NCBI RefSeq assembly: GCF_009834535.1
Contig: NC_045697.1
Coordinates: 16,866,001 to 16,930,000 of the forward strand
Length of the DNA: 64,000 bases
Reading direction: 5' to 3'
Origin: Camelus ferus
Lineage: Eukaryota
Shown here: piece by piece, positions 37,926-51,489 of the stretch
Layout: every line of letters begins with the position of its first letter
Numbering within the stretch: position 1 is the first letter of the stretch
The notes under the pieces: model-generated
Database searches by the model: none
What the model was told of the DNA's origin: nothing
The model's input: the letters and a program-made list of their open reading frames with translations, nothing else
Made by a program: the position numbers and the translations under genes

Positions 37926-39539
37926 ACTCCTCGCAGGGGAGATCCGGTATCCAAACTCGGCATCCAAACTCCTTCTACCCCTGAGTCCTGGCTGCTCCTC
38001 TTTTAAAGAAAAACTGAAAAAACGTAACATTGATGGGGTGGGAAGCCAGTCTACCACCCAAGAGCTGAAGTTTCTAAAACCCATTGTTCAGAGATCATTT
38101 TCATGGTTTTCCATTAACAGGACTAAGTAAACGCTTTCCTAAATAATCCTGTCAATTGTTTAAAAAAAAATACATCTATTTTTGGAAGAAAGGCTCAATA
38201 CACGGTACTGGCAGGGGATTATATCGATCCTCATTTTGGAGGCTTCTTTTCCCCCTGCTTTTTTGGAGGGACAATTAATATTGACTGTACCTATCATTAA
38301 TTTTCCTCAGTCAGCAGGGGCTTTTAGGTTTTATAAGTATAATATCAATACAGACTGTCTCAGAAGCCCTTATTTATTTTAGGTTTTCCTCCTGCATTCG
38401 ATGCTCTCTCTACCCCCACAAGACAATACTTCACAGGGCTAAGGCAACTGGCTACTGGAGAAAGTCACTCCGATGCTTGTAAGGAGACGGGTTCTCATCA
38501 TCTTTCCTGAGGGATTGGGCTGTGGGAGTGAAACGCTGTGATTTCACAGTTTCCTGGCCCTAGGGGGTGGGGAGCCGTGCTGAGAGTAGAGATAGGACAG
38601 GCGGGGGTGGGAGAGGAGGGGTGTCAGCACCCCCTTTCTCTTCTGCGTCCCAGAGCTCAATTTCTGACATCCCTTATCTCCTCCAAGCCCCCCGGGAGCA
38701 CGTGGGCACCTAGACAGGTATGTCCCCGTGGGGACCGTAAACACTTTAGGTGGAGTTTGATTCTGCGTTCCCTCTCTGTTCTTTCAGAAATGCTCTTTCA
38801 AGAATCCCTATGGAAACACCCACAAAGTGTTGACTGACAAAAGCTAAACTGTGGTCTCCATGGCTCCGCTTGGGCCATATCGCCAGGTCACCGTTCCTGC
38901 CATCAGTGGTCAGTCTAAGAGCTCTGAGTCTGCAAGAACATGAATGACTCCCAGTCAAGAACCCAGGATTCCCTGCAAAGACCTGCATTGTTATTTAGGC
39001 ATCAGAGCCCTTCATAATCTTTGAGATGCCACCTGGGAGGGTTGGCTTAGACAGGCTCCTAGGCCGTAGGAGGTGGGCAGGGTTCCCCTCATCTGTCCCT
39101 CTGGCGCCTTTCAGGCACACAAGAAATTGCAGAGTCTGCCGGCAGGGCAGCTCCCTCCTGAGGGACACAGATCATCCACTTCCAAAGGCCTCCCTCCTCA
39201 CCCAGGAACACCCCTCGTCTGGCATCCTGTGCTCTCTCAGACAGGCTTACACTGGATGAGGTCACACAGGTCTTCCAAAGCCATGGCTTGGAAGCACACA
39301 GGTCCCTTGCCAGCCCTTCTCCTGTATGGATATTCTAACTATGAGGCTTTCCTTCCTTCCTCAGGGACGTATTGAGAGCTGACTTCTTTCCAGGTGCTAA
39401 GCTGCACAGCAGAGATGCCTGTTCTGTCTTCCAGCAGCTCATCGTCCAGGAGGAAGTATGTAATGGGGGCTGGGAGGGATGGGGAGGTGGGGAAACATCA
39501 CAAAATTGGTGATAAATCTAGTGTTAGGAATGAGAGCAA

Positions 39540-39772
39540 CGTGTACATACTTGTTTCCATTAGAAGAGCAGGCTGCTCTGCTATTTACAAGCTGGGTTAC
39601 CTTGGGAAAGTTTCTAAACTTCTCTGTGCCACAGCTTCATCACCTCAAAAGTGAAGGTACTAATAGTATTTACCTTCAAGGATGGTTCGGAGGATTAAAC
39701 CAGCTAACCCATGAGAGTGCTGGGCTCAGTGCCTGGTCCTTGGTCAGCATCTTGAGTGTTAGCTGCCATTAG
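39540..39772 (+). mobile_element. MIR SINE
   Basis: 'gctctgctatttacaagctgggttaccttgggaaagtttctaaacttctctgtgccacagcttc'. Confidence 0.85.
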
Positions 39773-40259
39773 AATTAAAACTTCCTGATTCAGTTCACAG
39801 AAGACTGAGACCAGAAGGTAGGAGCCCATGAAAATGGGGCCCCCATCCCAGAATGGAGAGGAGTGATCAGAGAAGACTTTACAGGGTAGATGATGGTGAG
39901 AGCTGCGACTGGAGCGGTAGGGAGTGGCCAGCGCTAGGGGTGAACATAACCTCGGGGCAACAGGGAGAGACTAGACCACTTTCAGGCAGGATAGGGATGG
40001 GGAAATGATGGGCTGTGCAGACGTGTGAGAAGGCACCTGGAGGAGAGGGCAGGGTGGAGGGGAGAGAGAAGACCAAGATGCAGGTGGGCTGGTGAGCGCT
40101 GAGGAGGTGGAAACATGGCTCTCTGGCGTGACCACTCTTTCCTCTCTGTCGTCTGTCCAACTCCTCGCTGCCCCTCGCGGCTTCTCTCTCCTCTTTCTGT
40201 CTCGTCTCTGGTTGTCTCTCTGCCACTGTGTCTCTGACTCTCCCAACCCCCTCCATCGC

Positions 40260-40510
40260 CAATCCATCTCTCCCTTTGTGTCTCCCCGTCGTCCTGCTCT
40301 CCCTTTCCCTATCTGCCTCCCAACATATCTGTCATTTTCCAATTGTCTTTATTTTGTTGGATGCCTGCCCCTGCCCATTAAGATGTAAGTGCCACAGGAC
40401 TGAGATTTGCCACCTGTTTGCTCACTGACGTATTCCAGGAACCCAGAAAAGTGCTTGGCATTAGGTAGATACCCCACAGTATCGGGCACTTGTTACGGTG
40501 AACGTGAGTA
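40260..40510 (+). mobile_element. L2 3' fragment
   Basis: 'attaagatgtaagtgccacaggac...tgtttgctcactgacgtattcc...gtgcttggcattaggtag'. Confidence 0.7.
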
Positions 40511-40517
40511 ACCGGCG

Positions 40518-40559
40518 CAGGAGGGGAGGGTGAGACAGGAGGGGAGGGTGAGACAGGAG
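40518..40559 (+). repeat. Perfect 18-bp tandem duplication (caggaggggagggtgaga) x2 plus partial copy
   Basis: Read directly. Confidence 0.9.
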
Positions 40560-41624
40560 CACAAGATGCTTCCCTAAGTAGGAATCTGAACACTGAATTC
40601 GAATTTGGCACCACTGTCTGCCTCAGACTGGAGAGCAGCCTGAGCCTCTGGGGCGCCAGAAGGCAGGGATGGATCACTTCCCACTCAACCACTCAACTCT
40701 GCTGTGGCTCAGATCAAGTGTCCCTTTTTCATAGCTTCTGAAGTCTAGGTTAACAAAGGAAAAACAGATTCAGAAAAGAACAGATAGGGCCAAGTGGGAC
40801 CCTCACTAATAAGTGGAGAAAGACAGAGCCCAGTGCCCTTTGGTACTGCATGTGTGGCTTCTGCTTTAATGTTCAGGGCACTCTTGTCTCTGGACTCCAG
40901 AATTTTCTAGCCACAGTATCTCAAAGATATGAGAGCTGATAGCACAGGAAGTATATACTCTTGGGGCCATTGACTTAAGTCTTAGTTCCCTTGGACACTG
41001 AAAGTGCAGATGATATAAGAGAAACTAAGATCAATAAAATCATCCTCCAGTCTCTTAGCAAACTGTTTATATTCATTCAACAAACATTTGTTGAGTTCCT
41101 GTTATACCCAGGGATTGTAGAGGATGTTCTGGCTGCATCAAATCCGGACCACACAGTGATTTTGCGTAGAAGAGATTTTAAAAGCCCCAAACACTATAAT
41201 ACAAGATAGAAATCCTACATGACATAAGAAAAACAAGAATAAATCATGTGGGGTGGTCAGAGCAGGGGCATCTCTGACTATAGAGGGCTGAGTTTGCTTT
41301 GTGACAAACCCTCAAAGCAGGTAGAACCTAGCTTTTCTTGAGAGAGCATTCCAAAGTGCAGTCAGCTTAAGTGGAAGTTTATAGCTGAAATGCTATCCTG
41401 GGATGCCCATGCTGCAAACAGTGGCATAATTCACTTATTTCTGCCTTCTCCATGGGTATAATCAACACCTGGGGACCACAGGCTGCTGGCAGCCACCAAT
41501 AGACTAGAATAAGAAAGGACAAACATCCTATGTTTGGATCAGTATTCAAGCTTAACTCACTAACGGACACCTTTCTAAGTGGACGGTCAGACTTCTGCCA
41601 GGACCAACATGTACAATGCATGTT

Positions 41625-41765
41625 CTATGTTCTAAGCACTGACCCAGGTACCTTACAGACAAGGAAACTGAGGCCGAGAGGTTAAGTCACATACAGGTGA
41701 GCGATGGAACCAAGTTTCCCAACCACGTGTGTCTGATTCCAGAGACCGTAGTCTTCCCGCTACAT
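41625..41765 (-). mobile_element. MIR SINE (internally deleted)
   Basis: 'ttacagacaaggaaactgaggccgagaggttaagtcac...gtgtctgattccagag'. Confidence 0.8.
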
Positions 41766-43550
41766 CAACGGCCAGCTCTTCCCTGGCTTAGTTCACAAGA
41801 AGCAGCTCCTGCCTCCACCCTTGCTGTCCACCCACATCGTCCTACTTAACTTGATTTCTGGTTTTGGCTTTTCTCAACAGCCTTGTCACATTGCTGCTCA
41901 CAACCCAGCGAGACAGTCCCCAAATTCCAATGGGTAGCAATTTAGATCCACTTCTTCCTGTCCAGCTCCTTCTCAGAGATCAACTTCAGGGCTTCCTTGG
42001 AAATGAAAAGCACTAAGCATTCTCGTGTTTGATGGCAATTTCAACAGACCAGCCAGTGGTCATGCTCTCCCATTGCCTAAGAGTATCAAGTTATCCCCAA
42101 ATAAGCGATTCCTAGAATCCTGCCGTAGCACGGCGCGAGGATGGAGAGGCCCTGCCAAATATCTGCTGTGCTGCACAGTTCTGCACCATTTATCTAATAG
42201 CTAATATAATATCAAGTGACAGTTTAAACAGGCTACTTTCACCTAATCTGTGCAGGTTGTATGCAAAACAGCTCTGACCCTGGCTTGATTCCTTAAAGCA
42301 TGTAGGATTTAATTATCTCCCACTGTTATAGAAGTAATGACAAGTTACTTAGTACTTTTAAGACTGATAAATAAAGTCCTTTTGACAAGTGAGCTGAAAA
42401 CCTACCCCGCTCCCCTGTTACCAAGCTGCAATACAAATGTCCCGTCTCCAAACTCGGGATTTCCTTTCTTAAGTGAGAATGATCTCTAGTCCCTGAGCAC
42501 TTTTAAATACACCCAGAGTCATCAGTGCCTTTTCTGGAAAGGGGGAGTCTTCAGGTGCTACATGGGATAAATTAAGAGAGGGAGAGCATGAGGGCAGGAG
42601 AAATAAAGAGAAGCCTCTATGTATTTTATTAAGACTGAACCTCAAATAAACATCTGTGGGAGTTTCAATACACTTGACTACACACCATCGTCTTTATTTC
42701 ATAGCCAAGGCCCTGGATTTGGAGAGTGCAGTAGAGATTTATCTGCAGTGATAAAATTTCCAGTTTCTCTCAATTCACATCCGTTTCTTGAAGGAATATT
42801 CTCCTCCCTCCCCAAGAATCACAACTCTGTTTCCTCTCCCCAGGCCCCTACTTGCAATCTGTCTTATTTAACTGAGTTTGACGTGTCTCTAATACTTACT
42901 TAGAGCTGCCAGTCACCTCTGTCCAGTGCCTCGCCCCCTCACAGATAGGTATTTGTCACCAGGAAAGAAGGTATGGATATTAACACAGAAATCAGCCAGG
43001 TCTCAAGTGTAACCGACAGGGGGAGATAAAATGAAACATTGTCGTAAATACATGTAACGTTCAATAAAAGAGAAGTTGCTCTCAACTGACTTAAATGCAA
43101 CTTCAGGTTTAGAGGATTGTTTTTTTTTTTAATCATCACATCATCTGATGGGATAAAACCTGTCACTTAGTGCCGTATCTGTCATTAGCAAGGCTGGTGT
43201 TTCCCCAGGTTTTTTGCACCATGGTTTCTCTCTAGAATCTGATGAGATCTCTAAATTTGTGTTTACAAATGGGTGGCCCTGTAGTTAATACCTAAGCCAA
43301 CATCATGTGTTTGGCCTGCACTACCTTAAAAATCTTTGAATGAATCGACAATATAAAACTGAAATATTTTACAGAAAGTCCAGAAAATTTACTTCTCTTG
43401 AGAAGTCTAAAGGACTGACAATTTAGGTCAGCATGACCCCATGGTAATAACTGGCTGATGCCAAGTAGCAACTTTTCCTTACAACGGGGCATGTCCTGTC
43501 CCCAAGTCCCAACTGCCCTTCACCCGACAGCATCATTCACGCGCACGATC

Positions 43551-43592
43551 TGTGGAACCACGAGGAACCGTGAGGAACCATGTGGAACCATG
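43551..43592 (+). repeat. 10-bp minisatellite x4
   Basis: tgtggaacca / cgaggaaccg / tgaggaacca / tgtggaacca. Confidence 0.9.
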
Positions 43593-44230
43593 CCATAAAC
43601 CTTCTCTTCCAAGAAATGTTTGTACACACAAAATGTAGAGTAAAGTTTCAGGGATGGATAGAAACCTGGGTATAAATGATTCACTATCCAGGGCCAAGAC
43701 TGGCCAAGTCACAGTGCTGACCATCAGCTTCCTTGTCTGTAGAAGAGGGTGCGTGGTCAACTTTTAGGCCCCTCTCTCCCATTAAGTTAAAGGGAATGGC
43801 AAAACCATTTTTTAAATGAAACCTTGAGATTAGTGTGGAAAGCTCAAAGTTTCAAAAACCTTTTTTTTTTTTTTTTATTCTGTGGACCAACAAATGAGCC
43901 GCTATCAACAGAAAACTCAAAGACTCCATGGGGAAAATTGGCAACTCTTGAGACATGCACTTCCACCAAATAATTGTCCGTCCTTCACTCTGCATCGTGG
44001 AGCGGCCACTTTGCACAACAAGCAATCACCTGACGTCTCTCTGAGGAGCAGGGTGTATAAGAAAGCTGCGGGATGAGAGACCCAACCTGAGAAATCTCTC
44101 GGCCCACAATGCCATTGTACAGGTTTATGAAGAGAACCGGCACGCCAGGCCTCGCTCCCGAGTGAGAAGCTGATGACATGCTTCAAATTGCTCTGTTGGG
44201 CCTCCATCCTTGCTCCTTTCCCCAGAATTG

Positions 44231-44303
44231 TATAAATAAGGCCTAGGGATAAATTAAGCCGTTCACGTGACGGCCACTTTCCAGCGGGTCAGTAACATGG
44301 CGG
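44231..44303 (+). promoter_or_regulatory. Compact motif cluster: TATA-like, E-box TCACGTGAC and YY1-like AACATGGCGG
   Basis: tataaata 44231-44238, tcacgtgac 44263-44271, aacatggcgg 44294-44303; locally elevated CpG. Confidence 0.3.
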
Positions 44304-44544
44304 AGACGTACTAGGAAAGCTGTATTTTCCCTCTTACCTCTAGAGTCACAGGCTTTTAGTGGCAGAAAGGACTTTAAAGGGGGCCTGATGCAAGCCTCTA
44401 GTTTTACAGGGAAGGGAAAACATTCAACTCAAGAAACAGGGACATGCACCCCCGTCCCAGGCTGCTGTCTGCGGGTGTGTGTTTCTCGCCATTTGTTGCA
44501 CATCATGGCCTCTGAGCAGCCGGCCTGCACTCTAAGTGGGGTCA

Positions 44545-44720
44545 CATTCTCACTACCTGAGTCCCTGCTCCCCTTGACTCTGTTTTTTCACCTATAACAA
44601 TGGGGATAATGGTGGTACTTATAGGATTTTGTGAGGATAAAATGATATGATTCTTGTAAAGCACTTGGAACAGGGCCCAACCATAGAACTAAGCAAATGC
44701 CAACTCATTATTTGTTATCA
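44545..44720 (+). mobile_element. MIR SINE
   Basis: 'ttttcacctataacaatggggataatggtggtac...gtgaggataaaatgata...gtaaagcacttggaacagggcc'. Confidence 0.85.
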
Positions 44721-45049
44721 GTTTTGCTTCTGAGTCAAATGAAGTGAAAAACAGTGTCGGGTGCAGCCAGGTGGATCACAGGCTCAACCTGGGGAAGCTC
44801 CATGCACTCACTCTGGAATATTGAGCAAGTAATTTGACCATCCTGAGACTTAATGACCGGTCGGTAAAATGCTGAGAGAATTACATGAATAATGTGTTAG
44901 AAATGAACTAGAACTAGGTCCTGCATGTATAGGTGCTACAGAGAAATAGTTAACCATTAATGTTAGCATTAATTTTTGCAAACTTTTCAGTTAGGGGCCA
45001 CATATGGTGAACTGTGGAAACCATCCCTTCTCCCACAAATCAGCACCAA

Positions 45050-45280
45050 TAATAATGACTAATATCTGCTAAGTCCTTTTATCTACAAGGTCTTGTGCCA
45101 AGTGCATTGCATGTATTGATTTATTGAATCCTCATAGTGATGCTCTGAAATAGGTTATAGTGTCATCATGTCACCCATTTTACAGATGAGGAGGCTGAGG
45201 CTTGGGAAAATAAACTTAATCAAGAGCACACAGCTAATAATAGGAAAAGCCGGAATTTAAAACCAGGCATTAGACTCCAC
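45050..45280 (-). mobile_element. MIR SINE
   Basis: 'cccattttacagatgaggaggctgaggctt...cacacagctaataa...ttagactcca'. Confidence 0.88.
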
Positions 45281-45904
45281 AGTTGTTTGACTGGTTCCCC
45301 AGGGAAATAAAATCTCTTCTATTAAGTTTCATAGCTGGCCATTTCTGCCACAGGATTTAGTAATAAATGGGAGGAAATATAAAGATGATAAAGTTAAACT
45401 TAATTCCTTTCATGGAATAAAAAAAAAAATACTGACAAAGTGCTTTCTGACAAACGTGACAATTGAGAAACACTGGCGTGTGGAACAGTCACCACACCGA
45501 ATCAAATAATTTACCCGGAATCATCATCAAAGTGCCATCTGGAATTCTGTCCTTGTCAGAATGAAGGCCTTCTCTTTGTTGAGCACCTACATCATGCCAG
45601 GGGCCATCTATGAGCCTTGGAGATGTCATTTAATCCTAATGTCAGACAGGTACTAAATGATCGAGTCAGGACTTGCCTGGAGTCCATCTCGTTCTAAGCC
45701 CAACCCCTGTGCACTGTGTGTCAAGACAGGATGCAGAGAGGTTTACACAGAAGGTCTTGGAACCAGATGCCTGCCTCCCAATGTGGGCTTCTCATCTCAC
45801 TAGCTCTGTAGCCTTGGGAAGTTAGTCCCTGTGCCTCCATCCCTTCTCCTGCAACATGAGGAAAATAGTCCTCCCAAGAATGACTACACGTAGGTTGCTT
45901 AGAG

Positions 45905-46230
45905 AAGGGCCACTCAAAGTGTGGTCCCTGGACCCCGCTGGTTTCATCCTGTATTCCATCAGTTCATGATCAGAGAAGCACTGAAAGTAACCTTCTAAGA
46001 GAATAATTTTATGTCTGCAAACTCCAATAATAATAAAACAATGGGGCTTGTATTTTTTAATGCCATTTTAAAAATTAGTTTTTCTATTAATTACTTTTTA
46101 GCACATGTTAATAGGGCCACAGTCCATGACAGGTTGGAGTTTCTTTAAGGAAAAAAAAAAAGGAAGTTTTGGTGGCAGTGGAGGTGGGGGTAGGGGGTGT
46201 CTTCCCCACAAGCAGTTTAAGAAGCACTAG
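45905..46230. mobile_element. hAT-Charlie MITE (Charlie18a-like) inserted in a plus-strand MIR (about 45735-45900 and 46231-46290)
   Basis: 'cactcaaagtgtggtccctggacc...aatggggcttgtatttt...cacaagcagtttaagaagcactag'. Confidence 0.65.
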
Positions 46231-46649
46231 ATTAGATGCTTCCCTGTTGTGCAGAAAGTTCCAAATAAATGTTAGCTATTAATGTAATTATTTGCTACAC
46301 TGTTCCTCCACTTCCTAAAAGGGACCCAAAAATTCAAGCAGCATCAAGAAGATAGATAAATTCCAAGACCTAGAATGTTGGTAACTTTATTGACCAGAGG
46401 TTGATTCTTTCCAAGTCCTGGTTCATGATCTATGAGGAGAAACTATGAGAAAGTTCTGAGAATTTTTCTGGATCAGCTCAATGAACATCCAAGATATTCA
46501 TTAGTAGAAATGGTAAGAAATAATTTAATCCCTCAACTTTCCCCTGCATTCCATGTCCAATGTTCTCCTATTTTCCAGATATAATGTCCTTTGCTTTCAC
46601 TTCCTCAGTCTTCTCCTTTTGTTTGCAGATAGTATTTGATGGGATTTAC

Positions 46650-46825
46650 TGGAATGTTGGAGCGAAAATAAATCTGGATTGGAAATCCCAGTTTTCCACT
46701 TACTGGCTCTGTGACCTCAGGTGCACTACCTATTGTTGGGGACCCTTGATTCCCCATCTGAATAACTGGAATGCCAATGCCTACCTTAGAGAAAGGTTAA
46801 AGGGGATGCCATATTGAAAGCCCCC
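46650..46825 (+). mobile_element. MIR SINE
   Basis: 'aatcccagttttccacttactggctctgtgacctcagg...tccccatctg'. Confidence 0.75.
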
Positions 46826-48068
46826 AATAGAGTCCATTGGCCTCCACTCTCCGCTGCAAATCAGGTGATACAGCAGTTGGTAGAGGCAGGTGGGGAGAGG
46901 GAAATGAGAAAGTGTGAGAATGACATCGATATCGTTGCTTCACTCATCCTTTATTTAGAGTCAAGACTCCAAAATGTCTGTTAGACCACAGGAAAAACAA
47001 ACAATAAGCATGGAAGCCAGCACTTTCATACCATTGCCAGAAAAAAGAAAGTCTCAGTGAACAAGGCCATTTGACTGAAGACCTGAGAGAAAAGTCCTGT
47101 ATCAAAAAATTGCTGGGGGAAGTACAAGCTGCCCAGGGCTCTCTGTATAAAGGAGGTGTGTTGGTCTGGAAGGGGGTTACAGGAGGAAACCGAGATGAGG
47201 AAGAGGCTCCCCATTCAACAATCAGTCCCCTACAACGCAGAGAGAGTGTTTCTGCTGGTAAAGTGTGAGGGAGGAACTGAACGATAAATTAACACTAATA
47301 ACCTATTGATGAGGACAACAGACCATTGACCGACTTAAATGACTCTAATAGAACTGAATTAACTGCTACACAACAGTGTTTAACAAACACAGTCACTGTC
47401 TGATCGGTTGCCAAGTGTCTGTGTTGGGTTCGAATTATTGGTTTCAATGAGGGTTGTGGGTAACAGATGAAGTCACCTGTGAAAAAAGTATCCAAGGCAT
47501 CCAAAAGCTGGCCTCCCCACCCCCATGCCCTACAACAAAAATACGGTCTCTACCAGAAAACACAGTTCACACTGGGGATGTCATTTATGATGGCTGATGC
47601 CACTAGTCTGAGAGAGGTTTACGTTTGGTGTAAATAAGGTAGATTTGAGCAGTTAATGAGTTCCACTACCCAAGCTGCTCCTTATTAATTCATACAACTC
47701 GAAGACATCTACTAAAAATAATACCTTTTGAGTCATATACCATCTTTATGGAGATCGTTAATATTTCCCCAAAATAGAGCAGTTACCAGCCCCATTATTT
47801 TCCTTGATCACCTTCATGCTCCTGACCCACAACACTGGCTCATCCACACTTCTCGTTTGTGTTCAAATTGCTCTCAGTTCCCCGTAGCCTCCTTTCCTGC
47901 AAGTGGCAGTCACCTCTGTGCACCCCAGGGAGACCTCAGCTGGAAAGCTGTCCTCCTCACCTCTCTCTTCTCTCTTTCAAATCTGGGATTCACAGAGTAG
48001 ACTGGGAAGGTGAAAAGGAGGAGGAGTCTTAAAACTGCATGAAGACTGGCCCCTGAAGCTCTGCCCGT

Positions 48069-48400
48069 TTCATTCATTCATTCATTCATTCATTCATTCA
48101 TTCATTCATTCATTTCTTCTGTCACACATTCTTTCAACAAGCAGTTTTTGAGTGCCTGCTCAGTGCCGGGCATGAGGCAAGATGCTCAGGGTATAGAGAA
48201 GAAAGAGATCTGTTCTCTGCAAGGAAGCAGACAGATAAACAGCTGAGTAGGAAGGTAAGTGCAGGGTTTAATGGGAAGAGACAGGAGAGTACCCAACTCA
48301 CCCCGAGAGAGTGAGAGAAGGAAGATGCTCTGAGCTGGGTCTGGAAGAATGAGGAGGGCTTGTCTGTGGATGAAAAGGGGGAAGGCACAGGAAAGCTCCT
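48069..48400 (-). mobile_element. L2 3' fragment with expanded (TTCA)11 tail (48069-48112)
   Basis: (TTCA)n then 'caacaagcagtttttgagtgcctgc...tgagctgggtctggaagaatgagg'. Confidence 0.8.
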
Positions 48401-48848
48401 ATACAAGAGCAGAGGCTTGCTCCGTGCTGTCCTGTACTCTATACCCTCAGCAACAGCACACAGCCTGGCACGCACAGTGAGCCAGCACATTTAACGGCAC
48501 AAAGGTTTCCCACAAGAATCTAACCACTCACTGCCCATCAGTCCCTTAGCAAGACAGATGCTGACCCACTTCCTTTCTCTTTATGGCCCTTTAATACAGA
48601 AGTTGCTTCACAATCTTCTCTCTAAGGGGTCCCTGATTCTATTTCTTATGTCGCATGACACCTCATCTTGGTTCCCTACTGCCAGTCACAAAGAGACAGA
48701 AGAGAATAGGAAGAAACGGCTCCCAAACAACAACAGTTGCCTGTGGCCCCTTCAAATGAGCAAGTGAAATAGCCGTGAATGGGGGCGTGGATGCCTGTGC
48801 AGTCGTGGCTCAGGCCCCATGTTCTGAAAACACAAGGTGAATAACGAG

Positions 48849-49055
48849 CAGGGAGTTTTCAACCTTCATACTGTTAACACTTCAGCGCAGATTGCTCTCT
48901 GTTGTAGAGGTCTGACCAGCGTACTGTTAGATGCTTAGCAGAATCCCAGGCTACAATCCACTAGACGCCAGCAGCACCAGCCCTGCCCTCCCTACACCGC
49001 CCCAAGCCACTGAGACATCAGAAATGTCCCTGGGTGGGGGGACAGTCAAAGTCAC
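48849..49055 (-). mobile_element. MER20 hAT-Charlie MITE
   Basis: 'ttttcaaccttcatactgttaacac...gatgcttagcagaatcccaggctacaatccactagacgccagcagcacc...aaatgtccctggg'. Confidence 0.8.
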
Positions 49056-50384
49056 TACAGATGATAACTTTCTTGATAATCTTCCCATCTGGGGGTCTCC
49101 AGTGGTCAAATGTACAATCTCAGAAGACCACGAGAGAATCTCAGTATAAAAAAAATGACCTTGCAGCTCACCCCGCTCAACACAGATTTTGCCTACAGAG
49201 AGACTGAAGCCAAAGAGGGGAAGTGACTATTAGGAGGTTCCACCATGCCCCTGGTGGGAGACTTAAGCCCCAGACGAGAATCTTCCTTGTCACTCAATCT
49301 TTCCACCACACCACGATTCCCTATGACATTCTTTTTTGAGGCAGCTAAAAGGAAAGGAAACTAACAATGATTTAGCAGCAATACAGACACTCTCTTACAA
49401 GAATGAAGTTATAATAACAATCATGAACAATAATCATAAAAACTAATATTCACTAAACAATTAAAATGCACCAGATATATTTCTAAGAATCCTTTTGCAT
49501 TTTTTCATAACCTTCTGACATGACAGTTACAGAAATCTTGCAAGGTACATATGACCAGCTCTGCTTTTATAAATAAGGGGCAGAGGCTGGAGGCCAGGAA
49601 TCTTTAAGAGCTAAAAACCTTGCCCATGGTCCCAGAGCAGACCTATGGCAGAGACAGGGCTCACATGGGGGCGCCCAGCTTATGACACCTCTTGTCTTTC
49701 CATTTTGCCATCTGTCCATAGTGCTCACTCTGCTCCTGGGGGGACATCTCCCAGCTGACCACTGCCCTATCTGTCTTCTCGGCTTGTACTGGCTGCAGTT
49801 CCGTCCGAGTCAGCCCTGCTCCACCCTCTGCTTCTTCAGATCACACCTTCATCTGACATTGACATGTTTAAGCCACACTTGTTGACAGTCTTCAGCAGTT
49901 GGGGTGGTCCATCTAATCTAGCAGGTATTTACTGAGCTCCTCCTATGGGGCCAAGCTCAAGGCTCGTCATGTGGAGGGAAGTCAACAGTAACTTCTTTCC
50001 TTTTCAGCACTTGTCAAGATTGGTTATTGTTTGTCGATTTTGTCCACCTCTCTACTGGATAGGAGGCTCTGAGAAGGCATGGGACATGTCTGTCCTAACC
50101 ATTCTTGTGTCCTCTGTGCCTCGCACTGCACACACGCTCAAATGATGCTTGTGAAATCAAACTGAACTGATGGAGCATCTACCCCAGGACAGGCGCACTT
50201 CAATATTTAATAGTCTCTTATTTGATCTCACAAAAACCTTTCATAAGATACATCACCAATTTAATGATAAAAACCTAGCAGCAGAGGTTTTTAAGGGATT
50301 TGTTCAAAGCCACACAGCTGGTATGTTGCATCACCCCAGCAACAGTCCAGAAATGAATATATACGCAACTCCAAAGAGGCTGAG

Positions 50385-50620
50385 CAGAGCAGTGGTTAAA
50401 ACACAGGCTCAGAAGCCAGACTTCCTGGGTTCACATCCCTGCTGCATTACTGTGTGATCCAGGACTAGTAACTTATCTCTGCCTCAGTTTCCTCATCTGC
50501 ATAATGCAGGTAATTAGAATACCTACCTTGAAATGTGATTGTGAGAATTGAATGTGTCAATATACACAGAGTGCTTTAAACATTGCCTGGCACATAATAG
50601 TTAATTCTTATACACTACTT
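50385..50620 (+). mobile_element. MIR SINE, near full length
   Basis: 'gcagtggttaaaacacaggctcagaagccagacttcctgggttc...gcctcagtttcctcatctg...tgcctggcacata'. Confidence 0.92.
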
Positions 50621-51489
50621 ACTATTTTCACAATAAAAGAGAGAAGGAATAAAAAAATGTACACACACACACCAATTAGAGAATGGTACAAGAGTGAATC
50701 AAGAATAGTACCATGAAGAAGTGTCACAGGGGGAAATAATCTTTCTCTGCCCCACAGGAAATAACACCTTGAGTTCAGGTTTTTGTGATCCCATTTAGAG
50801 CTGAAAGAACACATCCTTGTCTCTAACATAAGCCACTTTTTTTTTTTAACTAACATTGAATTCAATTTAGGTTTATCTGCTGCTTACCAAAAAAAAAAAC
50901 CAACTATTCCAAAATGCCTTCAAGTGGATGATAGAGGGGAAAAGTCACATGTACAGACACACAAAAGCCATTACTCCTGTGTCATGCTGCTACCCTGTGT
51001 GAAACTGGCAAAGCAGAGTTCTGCAGAAATGGCTTCAGATGACTGGGAGAGATGGGGGCGGTGCAGAGCCAGGAAGCTTAACTCCAACTCACATTCATTT
51101 ACTGCTACATTTAGGCTGCTTTCAGGTCGATTTTCTCTCAGAAATACCTTTCCTATCAAAATGGCAAAGCTCTGAAGCCTTAGGATGCTGAGTGATCCAT
51201 TTGCCTTCATGTTCCTAAACACGTGGGTGAGCAGAGTCTTAGGTTAGTGATGCCGTAACATCATAAATAAATAATTACGTAGATATCTGCTGGACATGCA
51301 GAAAATTTATTTCTGAACAACAACAACAAAAAAGCAGCCTCATTATTTCTCCCGAGGAGTAACTCAGAAGTCAGTCCAAAGGACTCTTTCTTTCAAGATA
51401 TTGAAGATGGAGAGAAAAGAAACTTCAATATCCATATTCCATTTTCTTACTTTAAACTCAGAAGTTGGAAGTGATTGGTCTTCAATAAA

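Noticed and set aside
39879..40388. Overlapping 98-127 aa ORFs on both strands
   Set aside because: Explained by CT/GA-rich low complexity and an L2 fragment, which suppress stop codons.
43551..43592. CRISPR-like array
   Set aside because: 10-bp tandem units with no spacers; eukaryotic context; no cas-like ORFs.
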